A stretch of 64,000 nucleotides of DNA, taken from contig CANJVR010000003.1 of assembly GCA_947478395.1 (NCBI GenBank), forward strand, positions 256,001-320,000, in the 5' to 3' direction. The notes under the pieces were generated by a model. That model searched no databases. It saw only the letters and a list, made by a program, of their open reading frames with translations, and was not told the origin of the DNA. This document shows positions 33,208 through 44,100 of this stretch, piece after piece. Numbering within the stretch: position 1 is the stretch's first letter; every line of letters begins with the position of its first letter. Source of the stretch: Opitutia bacterium (lineage in GTDB: Bacteria; Verrucomicrobiota; Verrucomicrobiia; Opitutales; Opitutaceae). A program made the position numbers and the translations under genes.

Positions 33208-34172
33208 ACTGCTTCGGTGGAGTTGGAAATTTCGGCGGCGACGCGTTGAACGGGAGGAGTAATGGAAGAGTGGGGCCGATATAGATCGCGCTGATCGGAA
33301 GCCCGGGCGGACTTGGCGAACCAAGGCAGACGTCGTAGCCAGAGCAGCGACGCGTGCCAGTGGATTAGTGCGATGATGCGGAGGGTGATAAGCGGGTATT
33401 TGAGCGTGAACCAAGCTAAACGCATGCCGTTCAGCTCGCGCCGTGGGCCAGCCAAGGTGCTCGTCAACGTGCGTTGAGCGCCCACGTAGTCGTCGATCTG
33501 AATCGCGAGACGGTCGGCCGGAGCGCGCAGCGTGAAATCGAAGGCGACATCGACGTCGGAGAAGGGCGAGACGTAAAAATGCTTGGGCGTGCGCAGGTGG
33601 AAGCACGCGGCCGCGGAAGCTGACGAAGGAAGCGTATAATTCGACCGATCCGTCTTCGGCCGGTCGAACTCCGGCGCAGGGCTTTTGGTTTCCGGCCCCA
33701 GAAAATACGGTTTCATTTCCTTGAACGTGTTAGTGACCTCCGCGAGGGAGGCGACGCAGACGCCCGACCGGTCGTAGCAGAAATAGAATGAGACCGGATT
33801 GAAGAGATAGCCAAAAACCCGGGGCAGCGTGACAAGAACTACACGGCCGCCATTGAGATCGACGCCGTGGTTCGCGAGCAAGGTCACAACCCGCTCCTTC
33901 AGCGAACTCGTTTTAGCGCCAAATCGGTTACCTGCTGGATTTTCGGGTGAAGGTTGGTGCAGCGGTTCAACCGTCGGGAGAAAATCGCTTTCGCAGAACG
34001 AGAACACATTGGCGCGGTTGAGCGAAAAAAGCGGCAGACGACGATGCAGGGCGGGAAGCTCGTCGAGATCGAAAGCGAAAAGAAAGATGCGATACACAAA
34101 CCGGTGCACCTTGGGCACGAAACGGTGGTGCAGAACCGAGCACTCGTAGAAGCAGGAATTCAGAGGAGACAC
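33204..34172 (-). CDS. DUF1365 protein (UfaO-like)
   Basis: HHRFVP..HRF.Y, PRVFGYLFNPVSFYFC, EVTNTF, KHFYVSPF, IHWHASLLW. Confidence 0.9.
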   Translation of the reverse strand: MSPLNSCFYECSVLHHRFVPKVHRFVYRIFLFAFDLDELPALHRRLPLFSLNRANVFSFCESDFLPTVEPLHQPSPENPAGNRFGAKTSSLKERVVTLLANHGVDLNGGRVVLVTLPRVFGYLFNPVSFYFCYDRSGVCVASLAEVTNTFKEMKPYFLGPETKSPAPEFDRPKTDRSNYTLPSSASAAACFHLRTPKHFYVSPFSDVDVAFDFTLRAPADRLAIQIDDYVGAQRTLTSTLAGPRRELNGMRLAWFTLKYPLITLRIIALIHWHASLLWLRRLPWFAKSARASDQRDLYRPHSSITPPVQRVAAEISNSTEAV

Positions 34173-34209
34173 AATGACGTCGGCACGATGGCAACGTCTG
34201 GTGCAGCGA

Positions 34210-35550
34210 TCAAGCGCAGGGAACAGATTCCCGGTTGCTTTCTGGCCAGGGATCGCGGGCCAGGATTTGGGCCGAGAGGCGATGGGCGCTCAGCAGACCG
34301 TCTTCATGGAAGCCGTAGCGTTGCCAGGCGCCGGCGAAGTACGTTTCGGTCGTGCCCGCAGCCGCCGCGTTGAGCCCGGGGATCTCCGCTTGCGCTTGGT
34401 TCGCACCGAGGCTGAAGAGCGGGTGTTCGTAGGGGATGCGCCGAAGCACTTTTTCGGGCGCGATGCTTTCAGGCCGGTTAATGGTGACGAAATAATTTTC
34501 GCGGTCGGAGACACCTTGAAGTTTATTCATCCAATAATGCGTGGCGGTGGAAACCTGATCGCCCGCTTCACGCGCGATCTCATAGTTCCATGCCGACCAA
34601 GCGAGACGGGTGCGCGGCATCACGGAGGCATCGGTATGCAGCGTCGCGATGTTGGGCTGATAGTGAAATTCAGAGAGCAGCCGGTGCTCATTGGCCGTGG
34701 GGTTTTGCAGGAGGCGGAGCGCCTGGTCGCCGTGACAAGCAAGGATCACTTTGTCGAAAGTCTGGGCGGTGCCCGCGGTGGTAGTGATTGTAACGCCGCG
34801 CGGGGTACGAACGACGGCCGCGGCACCCTGATTCAGGCGAATCCGTTCACGGAACGGCGCGGTGAGTGGCGCGAGATACTGTTTCGAGCCGCCATCGACG
34901 GTCCACCATTGGTGCTGCGTGCTGAGGCCCAGAAAACCGTGGTTGTAAAAAAAGCGCAGGAGCGCAGCGGCCGGAAAGGTCAGCATCTTCTCGGGCGGAG
35001 TGCTCCACACCGCCGAACTCATGGGCACGAGGTAGAGATCAAAAAAGTCGGAGCCGTATTGGCGCCGTTTCACGTAATCGCCGAGAGTTTCGTGGGCGAT
35101 CGTCGAGGCGGGATCGTTCGACGAGCTCAGGGCCAGTCCGGCGATGGCTTCCTGATTAAAGCGATTGATCGCGGCAAGCATCCGGTAAAAACGCGGGCGA
35201 AACAGATTCCGGCGCTGCGCAAAGAGGTGATTAAGCGACGAGCCACAGAATTCGAGGCCGGTGTCGGCGTGGCGCACGCTGAACGACATGTCGGTTTTCT
35301 TCGTCCTGACGCCGAGTTCACGAAACAACCGCGTGAGCAAGGGGTAGGTGGCGTGGTTAAACACCATAAAGCCGGTGTCGATCGGCACGTCGCGACCGGT
35401 GCCGGGTTCGAGAGCGGTGACGGTATTCGTGTGCCCACCCACGTAGCCGGCTGATTCAAAAATCGTGAGATCGAAATCGCGTTGCAGAAAATGCGCGCAA
35501 CCGAGGCCGGCGATCCCGGAGCCAACAATGGCAAGGCGAGGTGAAGGCAT
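34210..35550 (-). CDS. FAD-dependent oxidoreductase (UfaD-like)
   Basis: AIVGSGIAGL, GGHTNT, DTGFMVFN..YP, AWSAWNY, GAWQRYGFHEDG. Confidence 0.9.
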   Translation of the reverse strand: MPSPRLAIVGSGIAGLGCAHFLQRDFDLTIFESAGYVGGHTNTVTALEPGTGRDVPIDTGFMVFNHATYPLLTRLFRELGVRTKKTDMSFSVRHADTGLEFCGSSLNHLFAQRRNLFRPRFYRMLAAINRFNQEAIAGLALSSSNDPASTIAHETLGDYVKRRQYGSDFFDLYLVPMSSAVWSTPPEKMLTFPAAALLRFFYNHGFLGLSTQHQWWTVDGGSKQYLAPLTAPFRERIRLNQGAAAVVRTPRGVTITTTAGTAQTFDKVILACHGDQALRLLQNPTANEHRLLSEFHYQPNIATLHTDASVMPRTRLAWSAWNYEIAREAGDQVSTATHYWMNKLQGVSDRENYFVTINRPESIAPEKVLRRIPYEHPLFSLGANQAQAEIPGLNAAAAGTTETYFAGAWQRYGFHEDGLLSAHRLSAQILARDPWPESNRESVPCA

Positions 35551-35612
35551 GGCGGAAAAGGCGAGGCGGTGACGACCGGCGCTCGCGGAGGCGAGTGCGA
35601 TGGCCGCAAGCG

Positions 35613-36815
35613 TTACGTCTGATCCGTCGAGCTGGATGCGCCGATCACCGGCGGAGTGGTTTTCGCGGTGAGATTGTGCGCGAGTTCGCTGAGGTCTTTG
35701 TGCATCGCTGGACCGTCGGCTTTCTTCGGCAGATTGGCGGAAGAAGCCGTGGCGGTCGCTACGGCCATGGCGGTCGCTACCGGAATCGCGCGACGCAGCG
35801 CGGAATATTCGTGCTGGGGCTGCGCGGCGTGGCGCGCGGCCACGGCGGCCACCGTCATGTGGTGATCGGCGCGAACACCCTCTTCAAGGACGGATACCGG
35901 GACGGGCTTGAGTCCCCAAATGAGACCGGTCCACGAGAGTAATTTCAGGCCGTAGTAAGTCGGGTCGATTTCCCACCAGTAAAAACCGTTGCGGGTCGCG
36001 CTTTGGTAGCGGTGGTGGTTGTTGTGCCAACCTTCGCCGAGGCAGATGATAGAAAGGATGAAACTGTTGCGAGAGTCGTCCTCGGTTTTAAAACGACGTT
36101 TTCCCATCAGGTGCGCCATCGAGTTAATGCAAGCGGTCCCATGAAAAAGGAATGTGGTGCTGATGAAAAAGCCCCAAACGAGGAGCTGGCCGCCGGTAAC
36201 GCCGAGGGCGGGGGCGTGAACGGAGAGAAGAGCTCCGGCAAAGTAGAGAGCAGTGGCAAACACCAGGGGAACGAGAAGGTCGAAACGATTAAGCCAGACG
36301 AGCTCGGGATATTTCACGAGATCCTTGATCTTTGAATAATCAGTCGGGAAATTGCGCCGGCTGGTGATCCAGCCGATGTGCGACCAAAGAAATCCATGCA
36401 CATGTGGCGAGTGGGCATCTTCGGGGTCATCGGAGTGCTGGTGATGATGCCGATGATGATAAGCCCACCAGAGAGATCCGCGTTGCGTGGCGGTGGCAGC
36501 CCACAGGGCGAGAAAGAATTGGCCGACCCTGCTGGTGCTGTAAGTTTTATGGGAGAAGTACCGGTGGTGGATGCCGGTGACAGCGAACATGCGGATGAAA
36601 TAAAGCGCGATCGCGGTGCCGACCGCAAAGGGACTCCAACCGGTCCAGATCACGGCAAAACATGCGAGGTGTAGAACGATGAATGGCATGACACGGACCA
36701 AGTCCACGCGATCAGGCTCGGCGCGCATTTTTTCCGCTCCATCCGGGCAGTGGTCGGAATCAATCCATTGGATAAGTGCCACGGTCGCGCGGCGAAAAAA
36801 ATGAGGGATTTGCAT
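35613..36815 (-). CDS. Acyl-CoA / fatty-acid (delta-9 type) desaturase
   Basis: His boxes HHRYFSH, HHRHHH and GEGWHNNHH; WWEID. Confidence 0.93.
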   Translation of the reverse strand: MQIPHFFRRATVALIQWIDSDHCPDGAEKMRAEPDRVDLVRVMPFIVLHLACFAVIWTGWSPFAVGTAIALYFIRMFAVTGIHHRYFSHKTYSTSRVGQFFLALWAATATQRGSLWWAYHHRHHHQHSDDPEDAHSPHVHGFLWSHIGWITSRRNFPTDYSKIKDLVKYPELVWLNRFDLLVPLVFATALYFAGALLSVHAPALGVTGGQLLVWGFFISTTFLFHGTACINSMAHLMGKRRFKTEDDSRNSFILSIICLGEGWHNNHHRYQSATRNGFYWWEIDPTYYGLKLLSWTGLIWGLKPVPVSVLEEGVRADHHMTVAAVAARHAAQPQHEYSALRRAIPVATAMAVATATASSANLPKKADGPAMHKDLSELAHNLTAKTTPPVIGASSSTDQT

Positions 36816-37205
36816 CAGATACGGGGAACGAATGAAAAGCGGCCGCAAGGCTGCCGCAAGCTGCGTTTGTAGAAATCAAAGTAAATTTTCCGCGTCGAAT
36901 TTCGGGGTGCGCGATGGTGAATATATGATCGAAAATAAAACGCGCCTCACCTGCAAAACGATCGCAGCCACCCGGAGCGCAATTATCGCAACTGGAGACT
37001 TACAGCAGAGCGATGCCGGTCGTGTCTTGATGCGCGGTCTCATGGTTTGAACAGGATTCCGACGGCCCACTTCCCGGGATATTAGCCGCGACCCTTCTCA
37101 GGATGATGCGTGCAACTTTTGTCCGCGGTTCTCCGTATTCCCGCTAGCTATAAATCCGGGCGCTCTCTACGTTCTTCCGTTCGTCTGACTACAACTACCA
37201 CCACT

Positions 37206-37295
37206 GTGCTTGCTGCCGTAATCGTCATTTCTCTTTTAACCGTCCTCGTCGCGACAGACCCGGGTGCGCCCGGACGAGGGCATTCGCCTGACTAA
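37206..37295 (+). CDS. Possible 29-aa single-TM small protein
   Basis: GTG-start ORF LAAVIVISLLTVLVATDPG... downstream of an ECF-like motif at 37112..37137. Confidence 0.3.
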   Translation: MLAAVIVISLLTVLVATDPGAPGRGHSPD

Positions 37296-37394
37296 ACTTC
37301 GGTTCTCATTCTCTGGCCGGGTAAATTCCAGGGTGTAAATGAACCCTTTTTGAAGGAAGGCCTTTGCCGTCCGCAGTCTCGGCCTGAAAATTAG

Positions 37395-37427
37395 CAATGG
37401 CGCACCCGCAAAGCAGGCGCGCCATTG
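37395..37427 (-). terminator. Putative terminator of the TonB-C gene
   Basis: Minus-strand 15-bp hairpin CAATGGCGCGCCTGC-TTT-GCGGGTGCGCCATTG with G.U pairs, followed by CTAATTTT. Confidence 0.6.
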
Positions 37428-37473
37428 GTTGGTTACTTTTTAGTTAGCAGCTAGTCGCTGACCGACACCGTCC

Positions 37474-37833
37474 TCAACCGATGCGAATCGGCAGCACGAC
37501 TTTCGTCGCGACCGGTACGCCGTTGCTGAGGGCCGGCTTGAACTGCCATTGTTTCAGCGCATCCACGACGGCGACCACAAGGGCGCTATCCGTGAATGAT
37601 GGAGCAACGAAGGCAGACGCTTTGCCCGATGTTTCGACAACGAACTCGAACGCCACCGTTTGTCCGCCGAAGCCGGCCGGAATGTGGGGAGCTACCACCA
37701 CGACCGGCACGGGAACCCCGGCATCTTTACGGCAGGTTTCGAGGTAGGTGTCTTCTGTGCTCTTCGCCCGGAGGGCGGGAGACAGCAGCGCGACCAGACT
37801 GAACAGTACGACGAGTTTATTTAGGATTTTCAT
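37474..37833 (-). CDS. Secreted TonB C-terminal domain protein
   Basis: Signal peptide, then FEFVVETSGK..VVDALKQWQFKPALSNGVPV; AAGGAA RBS upstream. Confidence 0.8.
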   Translation of the reverse strand: MKILNKLVVLFSLVALLSPALRAKSTEDTYLETCRKDAGVPVPVVVVAPHIPAGFGGQTVAFEFVVETSGKASAFVAPSFTDSALVVAVVDALKQWQFKPALSNGVPVATKVVLPIRIG

Positions 37834-37849
37834 GACTTCTTTCCTTTTT

Positions 37850-38055
37850 AAACTCCGCACGCAGGGCGGAGAGTTTGGTTTCTATTTACTGGTTAAGCAC
37901 CTTCGACCACACGGGCGCGATTGCACCCACGCGGTCGCAGGTGTTTCTGGCTCCCCGACTGAAAATTCAGTCGAAGGGCCAAAATTCCGTTTTGGGGCGG
38001 GACCAGTCTAAACCCGGAATCAGACGTGAACTCGCTCACATCTGAGACCCGAAAT
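37850..38055 (-). promoter_or_regulatory. Structured 5' leader (four tandem hairpins) upstream of the TonB-C gene
   Basis: Hairpins at 38020..38045, 37948..37981, 37898..37943 and 37850..37876, with G.U wobbles favouring the minus strand. Confidence 0.55.
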
Positions 38056-38466
38056 AAACGCCACTGCCGGGCACGCACGTCCGGTCAGGGGAAATCAAAG
38101 AACAGTTTGTGGGGTCCTTTGAAAGCAAGTGACGAAGTATGCGTCAGAACCCGCTTAGCAAGTCCTGGACCGTAGCCGTCGCAGGAACGTAACCTTCGTC
38201 GCGAAATTCAGCCGCCCCTGTTCCGGGTGCCGGAGACGATCTTTTCCCTCTCATACAAAAACGGTTAGACCGAGGTTCTAAGAAGAATTCCAAGGTCGCG
38301 CGCTCAATCATGGAAACGCTGGGTTGCACCCTGATTTTTAGACCAATGGCGATCACGGCGCCGGACCACCATGGTTGGCGGACGATAAAACCGCGAACGC
38401 CGAGCATCGTTAAAAAATCTTTTCACTGAGATTGCCGCACCCCGCTGCGCCTGCCTTTTTTCCCAA

Positions 38467-39390
38467 ATGAACCGCCGTAAATTCATCCTGAATTCATCCT
38501 TTATGGTGTCCGCGGGTCTCGTGTCCCGCGGTCGCGCGCAAACTCCTCCCGCTGCATCCGCCGCTCCGAACGTGACCGAGTTTCGCGCCCTCCGTCGCGA
38601 TGTCGGCCTCTTCACCGGACGCGGCGGCACCATCGGCTGGCTGGCGAACAAGGACGGCTTGCTCGTCGTCGACACCCAGTTTCCCGACACCGCGGCGATC
38701 TGCCTCGCGGGCCTGCCGGGACGCGGCGCGCGCGACCTCGATCTCGTCATCAACACGCATCACCACGCCGATCACACCAGTGGTAATCCCGTATTCAAGA
38801 CGGCGGCAAAATCCATCGTCGCGCAGGCCAACGTGCCGAAGCTGCAATTCGCCGCCGCTGAAAAGAACAACACCCTTACGCAGCAAGTTTACGCCGACAC
38901 GACTTTCCCCTCGGTGTGGCGCCGGGACTTGGGCAGCGAAACCATTACGGCTCGTTACCACGGTAACGCACACACGAGCGGGGACATCACGGTTCTCTTC
39001 GAAAAAGCAAATGTGGTCCACCTAGGCGACCTCGCGTTCAACCGGCTTTATCCGGTGGTCGACCGGCCAGCCGGCGCGAGTTTTCGCCACTGGATCGTCG
39101 TGCTGGAGGAAATCGTGAAAACATACCCGGCCGACGCGATTTATGTCTGCGGGCACGGCAATCCAAAGTTCGGCGTCACGGCAAAACGGGACGAACTGCT
39201 GATCTTTCGCGATTACATTTCGGCGATGCTCGCGTACACCGAAAAGGCCATCGCGGCCGGCAAATCCAGGGCGGACATCGCGGCGTTAGACAACCTGCCC
39301 GGCTTTCCTGACTTCCATTTGCCACTGCCAAACCGTCTCGGCGGAAATCTCTCCGCCGCTTTCGACGAACTTACCGAAAAGAAGGGTTGA
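38467..39390 (+). CDS. Tat-exported MBL-fold metallo-hydrolase
   Basis: MNRRKFI twin-arginine signal; INTHHHADHTSGN, AHTSGD, GD, CGHG. Confidence 0.9.
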   Translation: MNRRKFILNSSFMVSAGLVSRGRAQTPPAASAAPNVTEFRALRRDVGLFTGRGGTIGWLANKDGLLVVDTQFPDTAAICLAGLPGRGARDLDLVINTHHHADHTSGNPVFKTAAKSIVAQANVPKLQFAAAEKNNTLTQQVYADTTFPSVWRRDLGSETITARYHGNAHTSGDITVLFEKANVVHLGDLAFNRLYPVVDRPAGASFRHWIVVLEEIVKTYPADAIYVCGHGNPKFGVTAKRDELLIFRDYISAMLAYTEKAIAAGKSRADIAALDNLPGFPDFHLPLPNRLGGNLSAAFDELTEKKG

Positions 39391-39486
39391 TCACCTTCCC
39401 CTGAACCAGCGCCCCGCGCAACCAGCCGACGAAATTCCAAGCGCAACGTTGACCCCGTCTGATCAGTCGGGCATTGCTCGCCGGCT

Positions 39487-41031
39487 ATGTCTGACGCCAC
39501 CTCTTCCGCCACGCCAAATCCGGCGCCCGTTTCGATGGATAACCTCGTCGCACTCGCGAAGCGCCGCGGATTTATTTTTCAGTCCTCCGAAATTTACGGC
39601 GGCTTCAACGGCTTCTTCGACTTCGGCCCCCTCGGCGTCGAACTCAAGAAGAACATCCGCGACTGCTGGTGGAACGACATGGTTCGCCGCCGCGACGACG
39701 TCGTCGGCATCGAAACGTCGATCATCATGCACCCGAAAGTCTGGGAAGCCTCCGGCCACGTCGCCGGCTTCACCGACCCGCTCGTGGACTGCAAAGTCTC
39801 GAAACAACGCTATCGCGCCGACCAACTTTTCTTTGCCGCCATCGTAGTGGACGGGAAAACCGTAGGCTACGTCAGCGCGCTCGAATCTGAAGCCACCGCC
39901 GCCGAACTTCAATCCGCCGCCGAAAACTTCAAGCGCAAGAAAGCCATCCAAGGCACGCTCGCTCCCGTCGTCGCGAAAGACATGACCGAAGCCCGCGAAG
40001 ACGAGATCGCGTTGATCCCGTCGCCGGCCACCGGCGAACCCGGCAGCCTCACCGCGCCGCGCTCGTTCAACATGATGTTTCAAACGAACGTCGGCGCCAT
40101 GACGGACGGCTCGTCTGTCGCGTACCTTCGGCCTGAGACGGCCCAAGGCATGTTCGTCGATTTCAAGAACGTCGTGGACACCGGCCGGGTGAAATTGCCT
40201 TTCGGCATTGCGCAAATCGGCAAATCGTTCCGCAACGAAATCACACCGCGGAATTTCATCTTCCGCTCCCGTGAATTCGAACAGATGGAAATGGAATATT
40301 TCATCCACGAGGATGCCGACTGGGCCCAATGCCACGAGGAATGGATCGCGTGGTGCGAGGCCTGGCTCAAGAGCATCGGCCTGCCCGCCAGCCATCTCTC
40401 GCGGTACACGCATCCGAAGGAAAAACTCGCGTTCTACTCGCGCGGCACGGTGGACATCATGTTCAACTATCCGTTCGGCGTGCAGGAACTTTGGGGCATC
40501 GCCGCCCGCGGCAGCTACGATCTCACGCAACACGCCAACGCTTCAGGCAAGCCGCAGGAAATCTTCGACGAGGTCTCGAAAAAGAAATTTGTCCCGCACG
40601 TAATCGAGCCCGCCGTGGGCGTTGATCGCATCTTCCTCGCCGTGCTCTGCGCCGGTTACGCGGAAGAAGACGTCAAAGACGAAAAAGGAAACGTTGAGAA
40701 ACGCACCGTGCTCCGCCTCAGCCCGCGCATCGCGCCGGTGAAAGTTGCCGTGCTCCCGCTGCTCAAAAACAAGGAGCAGCTCGTGGCCCGCGCGCAGGCG
40801 CTCTACAAAAAACTCCAGCGCCGCTACGCGGTGTTCTACGACGAGACCGCCGCCATCGGCCGCCGCTACCGCCGCCAGGACGAAATCGGCACGCCGTGGT
40901 GCGTGACCATCGACTTCGACACGATCGAAAAACCCGGCGACACGTTCACGCTCCGCGAGCGCGATTCGATGCAGCAACGCCGCGTCACCGAAGCCGAGCT
41001 CTTTGCTTTGTTGGAAGAGCAGGTTTACTAA
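39487..41031 (+). CDS. glyQS: Glycine--tRNA ligase (alpha2 type)
   Basis: [59 protein letters not shown]. Confidence 0.97.
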   Translation: MSDATSSATPNPAPVSMDNLVALAKRRGFIFQSSEIYGGFNGFFDFGPLGVELKKNIRDCWWNDMVRRRDDVVGIETSIIMHPKVWEASGHVAGFTDPLVDCKVSKQRYRADQLFFAAIVVDGKTVGYVSALESEATAAELQSAAENFKRKKAIQGTLAPVVAKDMTEAREDEIALIPSPATGEPGSLTAPRSFNMMFQTNVGAMTDGSSVAYLRPETAQGMFVDFKNVVDTGRVKLPFGIAQIGKSFRNEITPRNFIFRSREFEQMEMEYFIHEDADWAQCHEEWIAWCEAWLKSIGLPASHLSRYTHPKEKLAFYSRGTVDIMFNYPFGVQELWGIAARGSYDLTQHANASGKPQEIFDEVSKKKFVPHVIEPAVGVDRIFLAVLCAGYAEEDVKDEKGNVEKRTVLRLSPRIAPVKVAVLPLLKNKEQLVARAQALYKKLQRRYAVFYDETAAIGRRYRRQDEIGTPWCVTIDFDTIEKPGDTFTLRERDSMQQRRVTEAELFALLEEQVY

Positions 41032-41068
41032 CAGACCTCCCGGTTCCGTCCTTTCCTTCCTGTCGGCA

Positions 41069-41120
41069 GGGTGCCCTCACCGTCGCCGACCGTCGGCACA
41101 GAACGGGGTGAGGGCACCCC
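41069..41120. repeat. Degenerate REP-like inverted repeat
   Basis: GGGTGCCCTCACC ... GGTGAGGGCACCC, a perfect 13-bp inverted pair. Confidence 0.6.
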
Positions 41121-41158
41121 GACCCCAGCACAGACGAAGGCGATCGCTCAAAAAATTC

Positions 41159-44100
41159 ATGGCCACCAAGCCCCGTCCTCCGATCCTGCGCAGCATTCAA
41201 ACGCCCGAGGCTCAAGCCGCGCTGCGCGTGTGGCTCGCCACGTTTCCGCCGCTGACGCGCGATCGCGGGCAAGCCGCGTTTGCGCATAAACAGGTCGGGA
41301 AAATTACCGCGAATGCCGACCACTTCATCGAGGCTACCTTGACCGAAATCGAAGAAAATTTCCTCGTCACCCTTTTCTTCACCCGCAGCCAGTGGAACGG
41401 AAAATGCCGCTGCTCAGCGAAAGGCGACTGCCGGCACATCCACGCCACCGGCCTCGCGTGGCTCGCGGAAAACGAGGCGACGACGACACCGCCCGCCAGC
41501 GCGAGTCCGGCCTCGGTCACAGGCTCGATCGCCATAACCGCGACACCCGCATCTCCGCTGACTCCGGTCATCAACAAACATGCGTTCCGCACCCAGTGGT
41601 CGCCCATCATCGCGGAAAAACTCGGCCGGCCGCTGACCGAGGTCGAAGGCCGCCAGCTCAGCAATCTCGCCGCGCTTTTTGCCGAGTTCGACCGCGGCCC
41701 GCGCGATCTGCCGCCGGCACTGTTGCGCAACTACGGCTTCGACATCGGTCACGATCCCCGCGCCACCCTGCATCCGTCGCCCATCAAAGACTGGTGGGAC
41801 GCCAACGACACCCCGCGCGATCCCTGGGCGCTTTGGCAATACATCGCCTACGCCTACGAACGTGCCGGACGCGCCGCGCCCGAGGTGTTTCGGCCCCTGA
41901 CCGATACCCGCGCCGTGCACAGCGTCGTCGACGATAAACTCGTACAACAGGAACTCGCGACTTGGCGCACGGCCTTTGGTTCACAGGCTCCGACGGAAAC
42001 GCCCCGCACCGAAAATCCCGTGACGGCGATCGCTGGACTGCGGGTGCGACTCGGCCATGACGCGCACTTCCATGTGGAAGTGCGCACGGCGGACCGCCCG
42101 TGGAAAGTTCCAAATCACAAATGGTTCACGGCGCTCGCCAGCGCGCGGCCCGCGGATTTCGAAACCCTGCCGCCCGCCCAAGCTGCACTCGCGACGATGC
42201 TCGCCGCCGAGGCTCGAGGTTATGGCTGGCATTATTCGACGAAGCTCATGCTCACCGTCGACGGCGTCGCCGCCCTGCTCGGCACCGCCGCGGCCCGACC
42301 CGCCATCGTGCGACCCGACGAACAACCCTTCATCATCGAGCCTGAGCCGCTCGTGCCGGAAGCCTCCGTATCCACCTCGCGCCGCGATCGGCTGGAACTC
42401 CGGCTGCTCGCGCCGGATGGCCGCCCTGCCGATGAGGCAAAACTCATCACCGCGAAACCCGAGCCACTTTATTTGTTTGCCGGCCTCATCTGGCGCGGAC
42501 CTCCCGCATTGCCCGCGCGCCAAATTCCCGCCGCCGTGCTGACCGACGCCGGGCTGATGTCTCATTTGCGCGCCGCCGGCCTGCGTTTGCCCGCGACCCT
42601 CGAAGGCCGCGTGCGCCGCGTGCCGTTACAGCCCGTGTTGAAATGCTGGAGCACAGCGGATGACGAACCTGACGCGTCGGAATTTTTCCACGTGCAACTG
42701 CTGGCGCGGTCCAATCATCCCCCTTGCGAGCAGCAATGGAACGGCGACGGCTGGCAGTGGGCCAAGGAATCCGCCCCGGCGCGACGCGGTCCAAATGAAC
42801 CGTTGCTCGAGTTCGATCTCAGCGGGGCCAATGTGGTGAGGGAACGTTTCGCGGACTTTCGCCTGACCTGGAACAACTGGGTCGGCGTATGGGCCCGGCC
42901 GATGGGCAAAACGTTTCCCGAGGAATTCATCGAATGGCGGGCCACGTTGCCGCCGGATCTCGTCATCGAGGCGTCGCCTTCGCTCGAAGGCTTGCTCGGG
43001 CCACCGCTGCAAGCGCACGTGGAATTTTCGGCCGCGCCCGCGGTGGGCGAGGGCCGCGACTGGTTTGATCTCACGGTCGCGTTGCGCGTGCAGGACACGA
43101 CGTTCAAGCCCGACGAACTCGCCCTACTCCTCAAAGCCAAGGGCAAGTGGGTGCGCCTCGCCCAACACGGCTGGCGCCGGCTGGAGGTCGCCGCCGAAGC
43201 CGGTTCAAACACGGCTGCCGCGCTCGACCGCCTCGGCCTGCGCACGGAAGACGTGCTCGACACCGGGCGGCTCGCGAAACACCGCCTGCACACGCTACAA
43301 CTCGCCGCCGAGGCGGAAACCTTTGCCGCGCGTGACGCCAACCTCGCGAACGAACTCCGCACGCGAGCGGCTGCGCTCGCGGCGCTGCCCGCACCCCCGT
43401 TGCCCAAGGGCCTGCAGGCCACGCTGCGTCATTATCAGGAGGAAGGATTTCACTTTATCGCCCATCTCGCCGCGAATGGTTTTGGCGGCATCCTCGCCGA
43501 CGACATGGGGCTCGGCAAAACCGTGCAGACGCTGGCGTGGTTGCTGCACGCGGCCGCAGCCGTCCGCACCAGGGCCACGCCCTACCGCGCGCTCGTCATC
43601 TGCCCGAAGAGCGTGATGCACGGCTGGCTCAGCGAAACCGCGCGCTTCGCGCCTTCGCTCACCGCCACCGCGTTCGCCCCCGAAAATGTTTTCTCGCTCA
43701 AAAAGCCCGAGCCGGACGGCAAACCGGCGATCGTCGTAGCCAACTACGCGCAACTGCGCCTGAACGCCTCGTGGTTCAAGCAGCAGACCTGGGACGCCGT
43801 CATCCTCGACGAGGCGCAATTTATCAAAAATCCCGGCAGCCAGACCGCGGTCATCGCGCGTTCGATTCCCGCCGCCCACCGGCTCGCGCTCACTGGCACG
43901 CCCATTGAAAACCGTCTGCTCGATCTCTGGAGCATCTTTGCCTTTGTGCAACCCGGCCTGCTCGGCCCTCAGGCCAGTTTTCGCCGGCAATTTCCCGCCG
44001 ACGATCCCGAGGCTGCCGCGCGCCTCCGCCGCCGCACCCGGCACTTTATGCTCCGCCGCACCAAGGCGCAGGTCGCGCCTGAACTGCCGCCGCGCACCGA

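Noticed and set aside
33208..33606. 563-aa version of the cfa-like gene
   Set aside because: The extension lies inside the DUF1365 gene; the ATGA overlap at 33204..33207 gives the likelier start.
38080..38190. Partial resemblance to a c-di-AMP (ydaO) riboswitch on the plus strand (GGGGAA..TGGGG..GAACCCG)
   Set aside because: The 5' GCTGAA element and the TCAGCTAAC motif are not properly present; it would need an Rfam scan.
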